This document shows positions 11,401-24,292 of a stretch of DNA of 64,000 nucleotides, in pieces. The stretch covers positions 50,022,423 through 50,086,422 of the forward strand of contig JARDVH010000031.1 in the NCBI GenBank assembly GCA_030324005.1. Reading direction: 5' to 3'. Under the pieces are notes generated by a model, which made no database searches, was not told where the DNA came from, and worked only from the letters and a program-made list of their open reading frames with translations. This DNA is from Negaprion brevirostris. Lineage: Eukaryota. Position numbers and translations under genes: made by a program. Numbering within the stretch: position 1 is the stretch's first letter; every line of letters begins with the position of its first letter.

Positions 11401-14400
11401 GCTTTTTTTCAATACCCTATGTTTTTGCTTCCATTATGTTAGGTAATTGTGTAGGATTCATAGCTCCATCTCTTGCATATTATGTGTCTTCATGTGTGTC
11501 AAATTGAAAGGTGTTAGAGAATTTTTTTTTAAAACTATCGGTACACAAATGACCATACAATTTTTCAGATAAGCAACTGTGCTGATTTGGTTACTACCCA
11601 TTGAACATAATCATACAAAGGTAAATGTATTTATAAACAGCTAGTCAAACTAGTTCCACAGGCAAACCTGAAATATTAAATCATTTTCTATTGTATTTTT
11701 AAAAACTGATAATTTATTTGCAGATCTCTACTTCTTCATGAGTTTTATTTTCATTTCTTGACATGAGCTTTGTACTATGATGTACAGTTGCACTTTCATC
11801 TATATCCAGGGTAACAGAGTGCCAATCAGTTCTTTTATGCACTCTCACTCTTTACTCTCTTAAGCACTCAGTCTCCTTCCCTTCCAAGTCATTGTCTCTC
11901 TACCTTCTTAACTCTCCCCACTTTTCCTTGTTGCCTGTGTCTCTGCCTCTGACTATTTTCTGCCTCTCTTTTGAATCTGCTTGCTGTTGCCAATGCCTTC
12001 ATCTCTTCCTGATTACTAACTACTTGCCCCTTACCATTGTTTTCCAGTCTATTTGACCAAACTTCCCCTTCAGCTGTGAAATTCCAACCCAAGAGTGGGG
12101 CTGACGTTGAATGTAATGGTCCCCAACTCCTTCACAATTTATTTAGATTTTCCATAATTAATGTGATAAAAATATAATCATTGCCTATTTTTTCAAACCA
12201 TTTTAGCTATTATTTCTTCTAAATAAAGTAAACACTGAAAAGTAATTATTTTCAATAGATTGGCCACTTCCTGACATCAAAGTGCTTGTGGGTTATGATA
12301 TCAGTTATCTTAAAGTGGTTTGCTTGTCAGTAAATCACATCTAATAGTTTATTCTTATTATATGAAAAGAGTCTAACAACAAATCATGTTTTGTTTTACC
12401 TCCATTAACTTATGTCAGTCAGTCTTCATTTACAGGGGATATCCGATTCCATTGTAGGGTGATGTACATCTATTTATATGTGCATGAGTGACATTTACAC
12501 TACTGAGTATAAAGATCGGTTGAATGGAAAATGTATTTTATTTTGTGGATTTACATGCCGTGGGGAGAATTGGCAGTACACTTTTGCACTTTTATATTGG
12601 AGTGAAACCAATGGGTGGAAAAGTAAATGTATAATTCAGATTTAGTCAGCATTAAGAAATGCCACAACATTTATGCAGTGCACTTCAATCCAAATCCACA
12701 TCTAATCAATACTAATCCGTCTGTGGGGAAAAAGTTGTTTAACATGCTATTACATAGTAACATTAAAAGGGCTGTGTTATCTGGCAAAAATAGATCTTAT
12801 CAGAGTGAAGATGAAAATTGTGCACACTGAGCATGGTTGAAGATGTGGAATAAAACAACGGTCACAGAGTCCACAATTTTTGTAATAATGATTTTAGTTT
12901 TACAACATGTAAAGATAGACATTTGACTGTATCCTTCAGGCTACTCCAGATACTTTGTTAATACAAAAACAATAGACTCCATTAACATTCCAGTGTAAAA
13001 TCATACCTTCAACTTATAATATTGCTTAACTTGTCAGTGGCTTCTTTGCAAGAAGTTTTCTATAGTAATGTACTCAGTTTAATGGACCGAATAGGTAAAA
13101 ATTACATTCAAATGACATGTGCATCAGGTTGATTGCATTTATCATATATAAAATGCAAACATTAGCTTTTTGCAAAGCACCAAATTATTCCCAATCTAGA
13201 ATGAAACAATGGTGATGAAATGCACTTGCAAATTAGAATGAGTACTCCGAAGAGACTTCAAATTCAGTGTAGTGAATAATATTACAACCGCTCTGTATTA
13301 CAACCGCTTCTAAGTATGAAAGCCAAAGGACAAGCAATCATTTAAAACTCCACGGGTTAATTACATATTTAAAAACACACATCTTTCTCATGAGGCAAAC
13401 CTGTGGTTCAAGTTCAGCTTTTTGAGACCATCACTCTGCATGTCACACAGTAAGAACCAGAGACCTTTCCAGAAACCTTTCCTCTGAGAAACAAAAACTT
13501 TCACAACAATGCTGCTGTCTGTTGCCTGCTTATAAACATTGATATGAAGAGTCCCTTTTTAAAAACAATCTGTAATTATTATCTAAATGTTCAGATGCAC
13601 ATTAATACAGAATCATATTCAGGATGTAAGTAGTTTCCTGTATGAACATTTAGGATGAGTTAAAGACAATGTATTCCCCATATTTAAATCATTTGAAAAC
13701 TGATATTTGCCATCTTTTGTCTTGCCATTACAAGCTGTGCTTCTCATTTTTGCTGTGAATAAATTGCCACTTATTCCCATGAAATTCACAGTTGACACAG
13801 CTCTTCCTTTTGCATAAAAGCATGAAAAAATGTGGCCTAATATCTTCAATATTCATCCGTTAAGTGGACATTTGCATTGGGTTAGACCGGGGGAAGAGGC
13901 ACAACCCTCCTACAGTGACAGCTGTTCAAAGGGATGACATCTGACAGCTGTGACAGTGCTGAAGGGAAACTCAGACAACTCACAGCATCCATGATCCAAT
14001 TACAGCACACATCCCCCTGACAGACCCAACAGCTTGACTCCAGCAATTGGAAGGACAGTATTGATCTCTTGTCAAAGACCAGTTGCCTGCCTGCAATCGT
14101 GCGCTAGTGAACTTTTAAAAGCCACAACACCCCTTCAAATGAAGGGGCAGTCAGGGCTATAGTACTCAGGTACAAAGAGAAGTGCAAAGGGTATCTACTA
14201 AACACTCCAAAGATGAACAAATCATAACATTATGACAGCCTGATCACTCATCTGTAGCCCAGCCGATGTAGTAAGCTACAAGCTGTACTAATGGGTTGAT
14301 CGGAAATACGGCTGCAACACTCTTTTGGATAAACTGGCTGATCCCATTTGATGAAAAGGCCATTGCAATCCAGTTGCGACNNNNNNNNNNACCTACTTGG

Positions 14401-14977
14401 TACTGTGTGGTGACAGCAGCCCATTTGACATAATGGCAGCTGCCAATAAGTCTAGATTGTAAAGAAAAGACAATTAGGCCTAGACTCCCTGTACTGCCAG
14501 CCCCTGCACTCAAGACCTTTGCTCTATCTGGAACTATGAGTATTGTAGGGTCAATGGGCAACAGTCCCTTGGAAACAAACAGCCAAGAACAGAGGTTAAT
14601 CGTTCCACTCAAACCAGTAAGCATTTGGGTTAGAATAGGGTGAGAAAACGCCATGAGCAGATTCACTGAAAAATAATCCAAACACTGATCAAGGTTTATG
14701 AACATTGACAACAAAGCAAAAATGTCTTTTTGAAGCAATTTTTCCTTACCACGCCATTACTGCTATTCTATATAAATATGAAATACATCCAAATGTTTTC
14801 ATTATATTTTATGTAATAATATTTAATGATACGATTATTAATTGCAGCGTAATTTTGAGGCTAAGAATGGTTTAAGGAAATAAAGACATCATACAGAGGC
14901 TTCCTCACAATCCCCCTATTTTGATAACAAATCAGATTTAGTGTTTGTGNNNNNNNNNNNNNNNNNNNNNNNNNNNN

Positions 14978-15090
14978 CACCAGGTTAATGACCAACAGGT
15001 TTATTTGTTAGCACTGTTGGGCTTTAACCTGGTGTTGTGAGATTTCTTCCTGTGCCCACTCCAATCCAACTCCAGCATCTTCACATCACT
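14978..15090. mobile_element. Penelope-like terminal repeat, inverted configuration
   Basis: caccaggttaatgaccaacag / ctgttgggctttaacctggtg inverted repeat followed by ccaactccagcatcttcacatc. Confidence 0.65.
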
Positions 15091-15094
15091 ACAC

Positions 15095-17055
15095 ATACAT
15101 AGAAAACATACATTGAACATAGAAGCAGGAGAAGGCCTACAAGCCTGCTCTGCCTTCATTATAGAACATAGAAAAACTACAGCACAAACAGGCCCTTCGG
15201 CCCACAAATTGTGCCAATCATATCGCTACCTACTAAGCTTACCTATAACCCTCAATCCTATTAAGTCCCATGTACTTATCCAGAAGTCTCTTAAAAGATC
15301 CTATCAAATTTGTCTCCACCACCACTGACGACAACTGATTCCACTCACCCACCACCCTCTGAGTGCAAAACTTATCCCAGGCATCTCCTCTGTACTACTC
15401 TCCATCACNNNNNNNNNNNNNNNNNNNNNNNNNNNNNNNNNNNNNNNNNNNNNNNNNNNNNNNNNNNNNNNNNNNNNNNNNNNNNNNNNNNNNNNNNNNN
15501 NNNNNNNNNNNNNNNNNNNNNNNNNNNNNNNNNNNNNNNNNNNNNNNNNNNNNNNNNNNNNNNNNNNNNNNNNNNNNNNNNNNNNNNNNNNNNNNNNNNN
15601 NNNNNNNNNNNNNNNNNNNNNNNNNNNNNNNNNNNNNNNNNNNNNNNNNNNNNNNNNNNNNNNNNNNNNNNNNNNNNNNNNNNNNNNNNNNNNNNNNNNN
15701 NNNNNNNNNNNNNNNNNNNNNNNNNNNNNNNNNNNNNNNNNNNNNNNNNNNNNNNNNNNNNNNNNNNNNNNNNNNNNNNNNNNNNNNNNNNNNNNNNNNN
15801 NNNNNNNNNNNNNNNNNNNNNNNNNNNNNNNNNNNNNNNNNNNNNNNNNNNNNNNNNNNNNNNNNNNNNNNNNNNNNNNNNNNNNNNNNNNNNNNNNNNN
15901 NNNNNNNNNNNNNNNNNNNNNNNNNNNNNNNNNNNNNNNNNNNNNNNNNNNNNNNNNNNNNNNNNNNNNNNNNNNNNNNNNNNNNNNNNNNNNNNNNNNN
16001 NNNNNNNNNNNNNNNNNNNNNNNNNNNNNNNNNNNNNNNNNNNNNNNNNNNNNNNNNNNNNNNNNNNNNNNNNNNNNNNNNNNNNNNNNNNNNNNNNNNN
16101 NNNNNNNNNNNNNNNNNNNNNNNNNNNNNNNNNNNNNNNNNNNNNAGGGGCACTCCACTGGTGACTGACCTCCATGCATAAAAAGACCCATCCACAACCA
16201 CTCTCTGCCTCCTGCAGGCAAGCCAGTTCTGGATCCATGAGGCAACAGCCCCTTGGATACCATGCCCTCTCACTTTCTCAAGAGGGGGACCTTATCGAAT
16301 GCCTCGTTGAAATTATGATTATGGCTAATCAGCCCTGATCCCGCCTTCCCCTCATATCTTTTGATTCCTTTGGCCCAAAGACTCTATCTAATTCCTTCTT
16401 GAATTCAAACAATGTTTTGTCCTCAACTTCTTTCTGTGGTAGTGAATTCCACAGATTCATCACTCTCTGGGTTAAAAATTTCTCCTCACCTCAGTCTGAA
16501 AAGGTTTACCCCTTATCGTCAAACCATGACCCCCTAGTTCTGGACTCCCCAGCCATCAAGAATATTCTTTCAGAATCCATCCTGTCTGATCCTGTTAGAA
16601 TTTTATAAGTTTTTATGAGATCCCTTATCACTCTTTTAAACTCCATAAATATAATCCTAATCAATCAGTCTCTCCTCATATGACAGTCCTGCCTGGCTCC
16701 TTCTATCGCAAGAACATCCTTCCTCAGATAAGGACACCAAACTATTCAATACTGCAAGTGTGGGTTCACCAACATCCTACACAATTGCAATGAAACATCC
16801 CTATTCCTATATTCAAGTCCTCTTACTGTGAAAGATACATACCGTGCCTTCTTTGCTGCTGCTTACTCTCAGTGATTGTTGCATGAGGACAACAAGGTGA
16901 ATATCCACCTCTTTCAAATTACAATCATTCAAATAATAATCTGTCTTCCTACTTTTACTACTGAAGTGGATAACTTCAAATTCATTCACATTATACCGCA
17001 CCTGCTGTGCATGTACCCTTTCACTCAGCCTGTCCAAATCACACTGAAGCATCTC
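15095..17055 (-). mobile_element. Older CR1 LINE 3' portion (15095-15162 + 16312-17055) with a nested younger CR1
   Basis: RT C-terminal frame MLQCDLDRLSE..EVIHFSSKSRK; colinear with 24293-25232. Confidence 0.85.
15163..16311 (-). mobile_element. CR1 LINE (RT region, mostly gap)
   Basis: HGIQGAVASWIQNWLACRRQRVVVDGSFYAWRSVTSGVP is the CR1 RT segment before the QG motif; 3' tail agaacatagaaaaactacagcacaaacaggcccttcggccc. Confidence 0.9.
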
Positions 17056-18149
17056 TACATCCTACATCTACACCTGGGTAATTTTTCACTTTATCAGGTG
17101 GATGTTAGCATTACAGCTATACTGGAACAGCATTGTTAAAGTCAGGGCTAGCTCCAGAGCCCAAGTCTTCAGGCAGAATATTATGAGGGGATGGGTGGGG
17201 AAGGGGTGGACTTCTAACCCCCCCCCGGAAGCAGAGACAGCATGTACCCTATCTATTCCACAGCTATAATGTATTATGGGAAGGCTATACTGAGGCAATG
17301 TTGGACATTCACCCCCTGCTAGGGAGCAGGTCCTACCTGACAACATCAAGACTGCATTAGTTGGCACTGCCAGGATTGCATCCAGGAACAAGAAGGAGGC
17401 CCTATAGCCAGGTAAGTCCGGGGTCTTAGACAAGGAGTGTTTGGGAAGTTTAGGGAGAGGGTTGGGTGGCGGTGGGTGAAGTTGGTGAGTTTATGGAGCA
17501 GGCAGATGGAAAGAAAAGGGACACAATCTTGAAGGTTTGTCCTCCAATCCACAAAGAGCACCCCCTGAAGATAGTACCTTCACTTCCTTCCTACCCTTTA
17601 AATTGTATTTTTTTAAAGTGTCCTTCACATTCCCACATGACTGCCCATACTATCTGTATTATGGACTGGGAAGTGTATTATCGAGATCAATTGCTTTCTT
17701 AACAAGCCTGNNNNNNNNNNNNNNNNNNNNNNNNNNNNNNNNNNNNTCATTGATTATTTATTTAAATATAGTGGGTGCTCTTCCAATTTCGGCACTTGCC
17801 CCTTATTATGTCAGTGAGCTCGGGAGTGGGCAGGAAGTTTGTGGGGTACGAACCACACTATTTTATATGGTTCTCTGCTGAAAACACGCTTGGTGTTAGG
17901 CACAGAAAATGCTGCAATTCATTACCACAACCAGGATGTTGCTGGGGTTCAAAGGCATGTAGTTATTGTCTTGCTTTTTCCATTTTCGTCCGCTATCTAA
18001 TAGTTTTTTTCCTTTTTGTTATACTGTTTTCCTGTGATGATTCATCTTTATATTGTTACCCTTTAGTTTTCCATTCAGGATTTCTCCTTCTACACTTCCC
18101 ACTATCTCGGGAAAGCAGTCAACATAATCATGGACCCCATGTACCCTCA

Positions 18150-18265
18150 ACAAACTCTTTTCCACCTTCTTCCATCAGAAAAGATATATGAAAGTCTGAG
18201 AACACGTACCAACAACACAAGAACAGTTTCTTCCCTGCTGCCGTCAGACTTTTGAATGGTACGTT
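18150..18265 (+). mobile_element. Rex1/Babar-like LINE 3' coding fragment
   Basis: Translates to FHLLPS..SLRTRTN..KNSFFPAAVRLLN. Confidence 0.7.
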
Positions 18266-19051
18266 ATAAAATAGTTAGTATTATGTAGGGGGAGCTCTGG
18301 TTAGTATATCACAAGGACCACGGGTACCAGTTAAAACGTCTGGCTGTTACATTGAGGTTTACTTAAATGAAAAATGAGTTTTAGTCCAAATCTATTGGCA
18401 TTCTCCTTCAATTCCTGGTAGCTGAAATTTCCCAATTTAACAATCTAATGAAAGCTTGGTCATCAATCTGATGACTTGTTGAAAGAAACAAGTGACTGGA
18501 TTAAAATTAAAGGACTTCATTGACAATTTAGCAAATTATATTTTGTTGCTGTGATTTTAGCTATAATGAGAAGACAATGCTAAAACTAATTCTGCATATG
18601 AATGAAATGTTGTTAGATTAGGGCAATAAACAGCTCTCACCACTAGATAGTCCTGCCATTGCTCATTTAATCTTGGCAATATGTGAGGGTATGAAGGAAA
18701 CAGCACTGCATCCACTGAAGTTGACTCAGATAATATCTGCAAAACATAAGGCTTTATAAACACCACCAACTGTTATAGGGGGATGGGCACTGCCTTGAAA
18801 TTATCCGAATAACTATAGGGAAGAGTTTCGCCCTTAGCCTGCGCGCTCAGCGGCAGAACCAGAAGCAGCCATAAATCCAGTTCCTGCCTTATTCCAATTG
18901 AAATTCGTAAGATTATTGCAAATCATGGATGGCTGAATTGGGCGAACAGGACTGGTGGGGTTGGGAATGCAGTGGATGCCGTGTCCAATGGCAGCCATCC
19001 ACAAACTTCAAAAGTAGTCTCCAAGGCCACAAAAGAATGCATGTCAGAACA

Positions 19052-21416
19052 ATGGAAGCAGAAGGAAGTGTAACGTTAGTGTACCTTTAAGGAAGGATTT
19101 CTTTACAATCAGGATTTCTTAGCTCNNNNNNNNNNNNNNNNNNATTAGTATTGCTGGGTGAGATATCAGGTGTTTTTTTATTGCTCCCTTAAGTAGTTTG
19201 GATGGGAGTTGTTTGTTTTTACTTTGGGATTTTTTATAATCCTGCATTGTTAGGAGAAAAAAAATAATTGATTGGCAGATCAGGTGACAAGTTTTTCATT
19301 TTCAGTTCTGAGTTATAGTTTAGTTTTAGAAGGGGCTGCAGGCTAAAATGAAATGTTTCCATTCTCCCCTGGTTGTTTTGGAAATTCTATTGGTCATCCA
19401 AAAGAAAAGTCTTACATTCCTGCAGTGAAGATTCTGCAGTTGGTAGCTTGACCAGAGAGTCTCCTCCTGGGCTTCTGAGAAGCTGTTTTAACTTCAACTT
19501 GTTCTAAGTGAATCCAGGGGACTGCAGACTTCAACCAAAGGACTCCATTTACAGTGTCACGTGAACAATAGACTTTGCTGTGTTGAACTTATTCAAAGGG
19601 TCTTGTCTATGGAAGGTTTTGGGTTAGAACATCTTAGATATATTCATTAACAAGCACACATTATAGTGGTTGTTTTGTTTCTTGTTTATAATTGATAAAA
19701 GGATTTGTTAATTTTCTTACTATACGTGTTAACTATATTCTTAAATAAACTTTGCTTGATAAAAGCTCCCTAGTGGGCATTTGAATCATACCTGAAGTGA
19801 AACGCATCATACTTATCCGAGCCAAATTCATGATGCAAGACTTATGATCAATAAGGCAGGCTCCATAAAACACTTTAGTGTTTCTGACCCGAACTATAAC
19901 AGAAGCCACAGCAGATGGGAATGGAGCTTGGGTAACCAGCAAGCATCCCGTTTCCTGGATGACTGCCTCTGAGCCCTGCTGAAGGTAATAACACAAAGGA
20001 GGAACAATCTGATGCAGAAGGATGTGAGAGGGAGGCCACCCCACCTCACCAAGAAGGCACAGACCGTGTTGACAGTAGAGGTCAATGGCCATGATCTTTT
20101 CAGGAGAACCTAGATCAAGAGGAGATTCAATGACCGTCTACACCCAGCATGGGTGATTACTGAGTACAGACTGTGTTGATTGGGATACTGAAGAGGGTGG
20201 CCATCTATGGTTACAATCAACTGTCCAGGTCTCATATCGCCGCGGATCACACGTGTGCCCATGTTCTAAGGCTGGAGAGATGAATCAGCAATCTCTGCTC
20301 TATCAAAGGTTTAGGTATCCAAGAGGGTGGTAACACTTTCAAACCTCTCTGGGGTGTTTTAGTTGGGGGCAATATGGTATGGCATTCGAGATGAAGGTCT
20401 CAGCACTCATTGGAGCTCTACACTGACCTAGGTTGAAACAGAGTGGGACTGATCTGTCACTGGTGGTGTGGGGAGGGGGGACGGTATGGATGAATCACAG
20501 CCTTTGTTTCCATCCCCCAGATGAGCCATCCGTCAGAGCCAGCCAACAGGCAGACAACCATTACTCACCCCCATCAGTCTGACACCTGAGACATTGGGGG
20601 ATGTACGTGCTGCACACCAGTTCTCAGCACCCAGCACCAGCATAGGTCCATGCATGTCAGTACTGTGTTGGGACAGTTGTTAGGGCACAGTAATGAGGAT
20701 ACATCACACTCACAGGGACAGATGGTGGAGGGAGGAAGTGTTCAGAGTACTAGCGATCAGAGGACTGATAGAGCCATGTTGAGTCTGAGGAAGATGATGA
20801 GCCTCTGGAGTTGTCTATAAGGCAGTAAATGTTGGATGTCCAGCAGGGTACACAGGGAGATCTCGCAGAGTTCACTGAGGATCTGAGTAACATACTCTCT
20901 GTCATGGGGGAGTCCTTGCAGAGCATGAGTGCTGTGTTGATCCTGAACTCTGAGACCAGGGCCTCGTTCACTGAGAGAGTGGTGTCACTCATTGAGAGGC
21001 AACTTCAGGAACAATCATGGGCTACTTGGGTTCCACTTCAATCTGCAATTACTAATGCAGACACTGACCTTAGCGGGTTACTGCCTGTGTGGGAGAAGGA
21101 GTGTCACCAATGTTGTCTACTCTTCCTTTCTGAGCAAGGGGTGAGGGCTCTCTTCAGAATGGTGGACAAGGTGGCTGCCATCTGCTGTCTCTTCTTACAG
21201 AGCCCTGGATGGGGGCACCAACTCTTCTGTCTCTCTGGCAATCTCTGCTTCATCCCAGCAGTACATGGCGACTTAGGGTTGCCCTGCAATGTCACCAAGG
21301 AACCCTCCCAGATGATTCCTGCTCAGGCCCCACCAACCAGAGGACAAGCACCAAGGCCATTTGTTCCAACAGGGCAACGAGAACAGCAACCTGCCCTCAA
21401 TGCCACAGTCAGTTAG
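19052..21416 (+). pseudogene. Harbinger Myb/SANT-like gene, spliced, disrupted by a solo LTR
   Basis: Exon 1 reconstructs MEAEGS..ASRFLDDCL*ALLKVITQRRNNL..RPPHLTKKA..RRT*IKRRFNDRL with donor GT at 20153; acceptor at 20520; last-exon frame 20829-21416. Confidence 0.75.
19069..19901 (+). mobile_element. Solo LTR (Gypsy-like)
   Basis: TGTAAC...ATAACA termini, GAAG duplicated at 19065-19068 and 19902-19905, AATAAA at ~19744. Confidence 0.85.
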
Positions 21417-21509
21417 GGTGAGGCACTCGATGTGGCACCCACAACATAAGCTCCAGACACCCTAGGCACAAGCAGGGGTCTGCACTGGCTGCTAGAGATG
21501 TGGGGAACA

Positions 21510-21850
21510 CTGCAATGGATGAATCTGTTCACATATCTGAACAGGGCGTCAGTGATCAGCTTGACACAGCTGTGTGCAGCTAACTGTAAGAGTCCATACA
21601 GACCATCCACAGTTTCCTGGAAGGATCCAGAGACATAAAGATTTAGTGCTGCAGTGACTTTCGGAGCCATATACAGTGGGTGCCCTCCCACGTAACTGGA
21701 GGTTATCTGAGTCCCAATCATCTGGCAGATGGTCATTACGGCTTCCTTTGTGAGCCAGAGCCTCCTGTGGCATTGGACCTTGGTCATGTGAAGGTAGTTT
21801 GACTCCTGCCTGTACACTCTGGCAGCTGGGTAGTAGCGTTCTCTCCAGGG
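21510..21850 (-). pseudogene. HARBI1-like transposase N-terminal fragment
   Basis: YRQESNYLHMTKVQCHRRLWLTKEAVMTICQ..GGHPL..KVTAALNLYVSGSFQETVDGLYGLLQLAAHSCVKLITDALFR. Confidence 0.9.
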
Positions 21851-22208
21851 GAGGTAGCAGTGTCATGGTATTGTAATTGGACCAGTAATCCAGAGATCCA
21901 GAGCAATGCTCTGGAGATAAGCATTTGGAATCCCACGAGGACAAATGGTGAAATTTGAATTGAATCAAAATCTGAAATGAAAGGGCCTAATGATGATTGT
22001 GAAACCATTGTCAATTGGTTTGCTTGTTCCTTTAGGAAAGAGAACCTGCAATTCTTACCTGGCCTTACCTACATGTGATTCTAGATCCAAAGAAATGTGG
22101 TTGACTTTGAAATGGTCTAGCAAGGCACCCAGTTCAAGGGCATTTAGGGATAGGCAACAAATGCTGACCCAGCCAGTGATGCCCAGATCCCTTAGTGAAT
22201 TTTTTAAA
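21850..22208 (+). mobile_element. tRNA-derived SINE
   Basis: accagtaatccagagatccagagcaatgctctgg..cttacctggccttacctacatgtga..ttcaagggcatttagggataggcaacaaatgctg. Confidence 0.85.
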
Positions 22209-22639
22209 ACTTTGAGTTTGAGAGTCACAAATCATAGTCTCCTCATACACGATTAAACAACCGTTCCAGCTGAATTGACATGTGTTCTGCATGTGAAAAA
22301 AAGCTCATCATGGCTATGAGCAGGTGGCAACTAGTGGTGATGTGGCCTTCATGATGGAGGTGTGGGAACATGAAGAAAGGGCTGCTCAGCCACGGCACTG
22401 GTGGATGAAGGAAAGTGAGTGTTATACTTCTTACTTTGGCCAGCAGTTGGCAGCAAGATGGCAAATGAATATTCTAATGAGAAGGAGCTCATAAAGCTGA
22501 TATGATGTGACATAGCAACAAGTTTCACCACGATAACACTTTGTCCTTTCTTACCACAGGCATTAAACTGCCTGGAGATTTGAATAATCATTGGGCAGTG
22601 GGTGCAGTGCATGGTCAGGGAGGCTTCAGAGGGTAGCAA

Positions 22640-23350
22640 GGTGCTAGCGGAGAGGAGTGAGGGGAGTTACAGAGAGCAGTGAGAGGACTGAAGTGGGCCG
22701 AGAGAGGGATGTAGAAGGGGCAGTTAGTAGGGCAGCAGCAGTGGGTGGGAAGACTTTAAATCTTCAGTTCTTTGGGCCAATATTGAGAAGTCCCAGGTGT
22801 CTTCACNNNNNNNNNNNNNNNNNNNNNNNNNNNNNNNNNNNNNNNNNNNNNNNNNNNNNNNNNNNNNNNNNNNNNNNNNNNNNNNNNNNNNNNNNNNNNN
22901 NNNNNNAGTGAGAGGACTGAAGTGGGCAGAGAGAGGGATGTAGAAGGGGCAGTTAGTAGGGCAGCAGCAGAAGGAATGAAAAGGGCTCAGTAAGAAGGAG
23001 CGTGTAAGGGGCAGTCAAGGGAGAGTGTGGAGGGAGTAATGATGGGGTGGATCGTGAGAGGGTTAGGCAGTGAGAGAGATAGGCAGTAAGGGAGGAGGAG
23101 GATGTAGGGACAGTGAGGGGAATGGACAGTGAGACAGATGTAGGGTTTAGTGAAGTACGTTAAAGGGCAGCAAGTTCAGTGTAGTGAGCAGTGAACCAGA
23201 ATGGGCAGGGTAGTGAGGACTGTGAGAGACGTGCAGCAAGAAGTGATGTAGATATATGGAGGGTGAGGTAAATCTGGGGGCAATGAGGGGTGATACAGAG
23301 TCAGATGGCATGGGCAATGAAGGTACTGGGCAGTGAGAGGATTGGGCAGT
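22640..23350. repeat. GA-rich low-complexity tract
   Basis: Degenerate (gggcagtgagagg)-like units; the segment on each side of the gap is duplicated. Confidence 0.7.
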
Positions 23351-23530
23351 AAGTTGGTGTCAGAAACTTGGCTGCATCTGTTGACAGTATCTGACTCACT
23401 GAGGAATCAATGGCCCTGTCAAATGTGACAGGTACTTCACGTTGCTGGGGCCGAGTTGTAGACAACACATTCTGAAGTCCAGTGTAATATGGATTTTGGG
23501 ATATCATGGAAGCAGTGCTCACAGATTTGA

Positions 23531-24070
23531 GCTATGAATAAATCTGGTGGATGCAGAGCTCTGGCTGAAGTTGTAACCTGGTGAATACAGTGATCTGTGT
23601 GAGATTTTAACCTGGTGGATGGAGAGCTCTAGGTGAGATTGTAACCTAGTGGATGCAACAAATTGTGTGAGATTGTAACCTGGTAAATACAGCGCTCTAG
23701 GTGAGATTGTAACCTCGTGGATGTCGCAATCTGGGTAAGATTGCAACCTGGGTGGAAGGAGAGCTCTGGGTGAGATTGTAACCGAGTGGATGCAGCAAAT
23801 TGTGTGAGATTGTAACCTGGTGGATGTAGCACCTTGGGTGAGATTGTAGCCTGGATGGATGGAGAGTTCTGGGTTAGATCGTAACCTGGTGAATAAAGCA
23901 ACCTAGGTGAGACTGTAACCTGGGTGGATGGAGAGTTCCGGGTGAGATAGTAATCTGGTGAATGCAGCAACCTAGGTGAGATTGTAACCTGGTTGGATGC
24001 AGAGCTGTGGGTGGGATTGTAACCTAGTGGATGCAGTGTTCTGTGTGAGATTATAGCCTGGTGGATGCTG
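23531..24070. repeat. Minisatellite, 16 copies of a 34-35-bp unit
   Basis: Consensus gtgagattgtaacctggtggatg plus an 11-bp variable part; unit starts at 23599, 23633, 23667, 23701, 23735, 23770, 23804, 23838, 23873, 23907, 23942, 23976, 24011, 24045 plus two degenerate units upstream. Confidence 0.95.
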
Positions 24071-24292
24071 GCCATCGCCAGTAGGCAGTTGAATTTATAC
24101 TATTTGAAAATTCTTGTCCTTTCCATGGCCAGTGATTGAGTCTAAGTGGAGGTGAAGTTCCTCTTCTAACTTTTGACACACGTTACCGCTTGCCTCCTTA
24201 TCAAAACGTAAGGTCCTCATACATAGCCCTTCGAATGTCACCTGGAATCCTATCCTCTCAATACAATCTCTCTGCATTGGTAATCATTACAC

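Larger units (their letters stand above)
18818..21850. mobile_element. Decayed PIF/Harbinger transposon 2 (internally deleted; right end not identified)
   Basis: Begins gggaagagtttc; Myb/SANT gene on + converges on HARBI1-like N-terminus on -. Confidence 0.75.

Noticed and set aside
22677-22970. ~62-bp exact direct repeat
   Set aside because: The copies flank an N-gap, so this is most likely an assembly overlap artefact.
23531-24070. CRISPR array
   Set aside because: Variable segments are only ~11 bp, mutually similar and recurrent; the repeats themselves are degenerate; no cas genes; vertebrate context.
23519-24075. Repetitive ORFs of 148 and 75 aa
   Set aside because: By-product of the minisatellite; the 34-35-bp unit is not a multiple of three.
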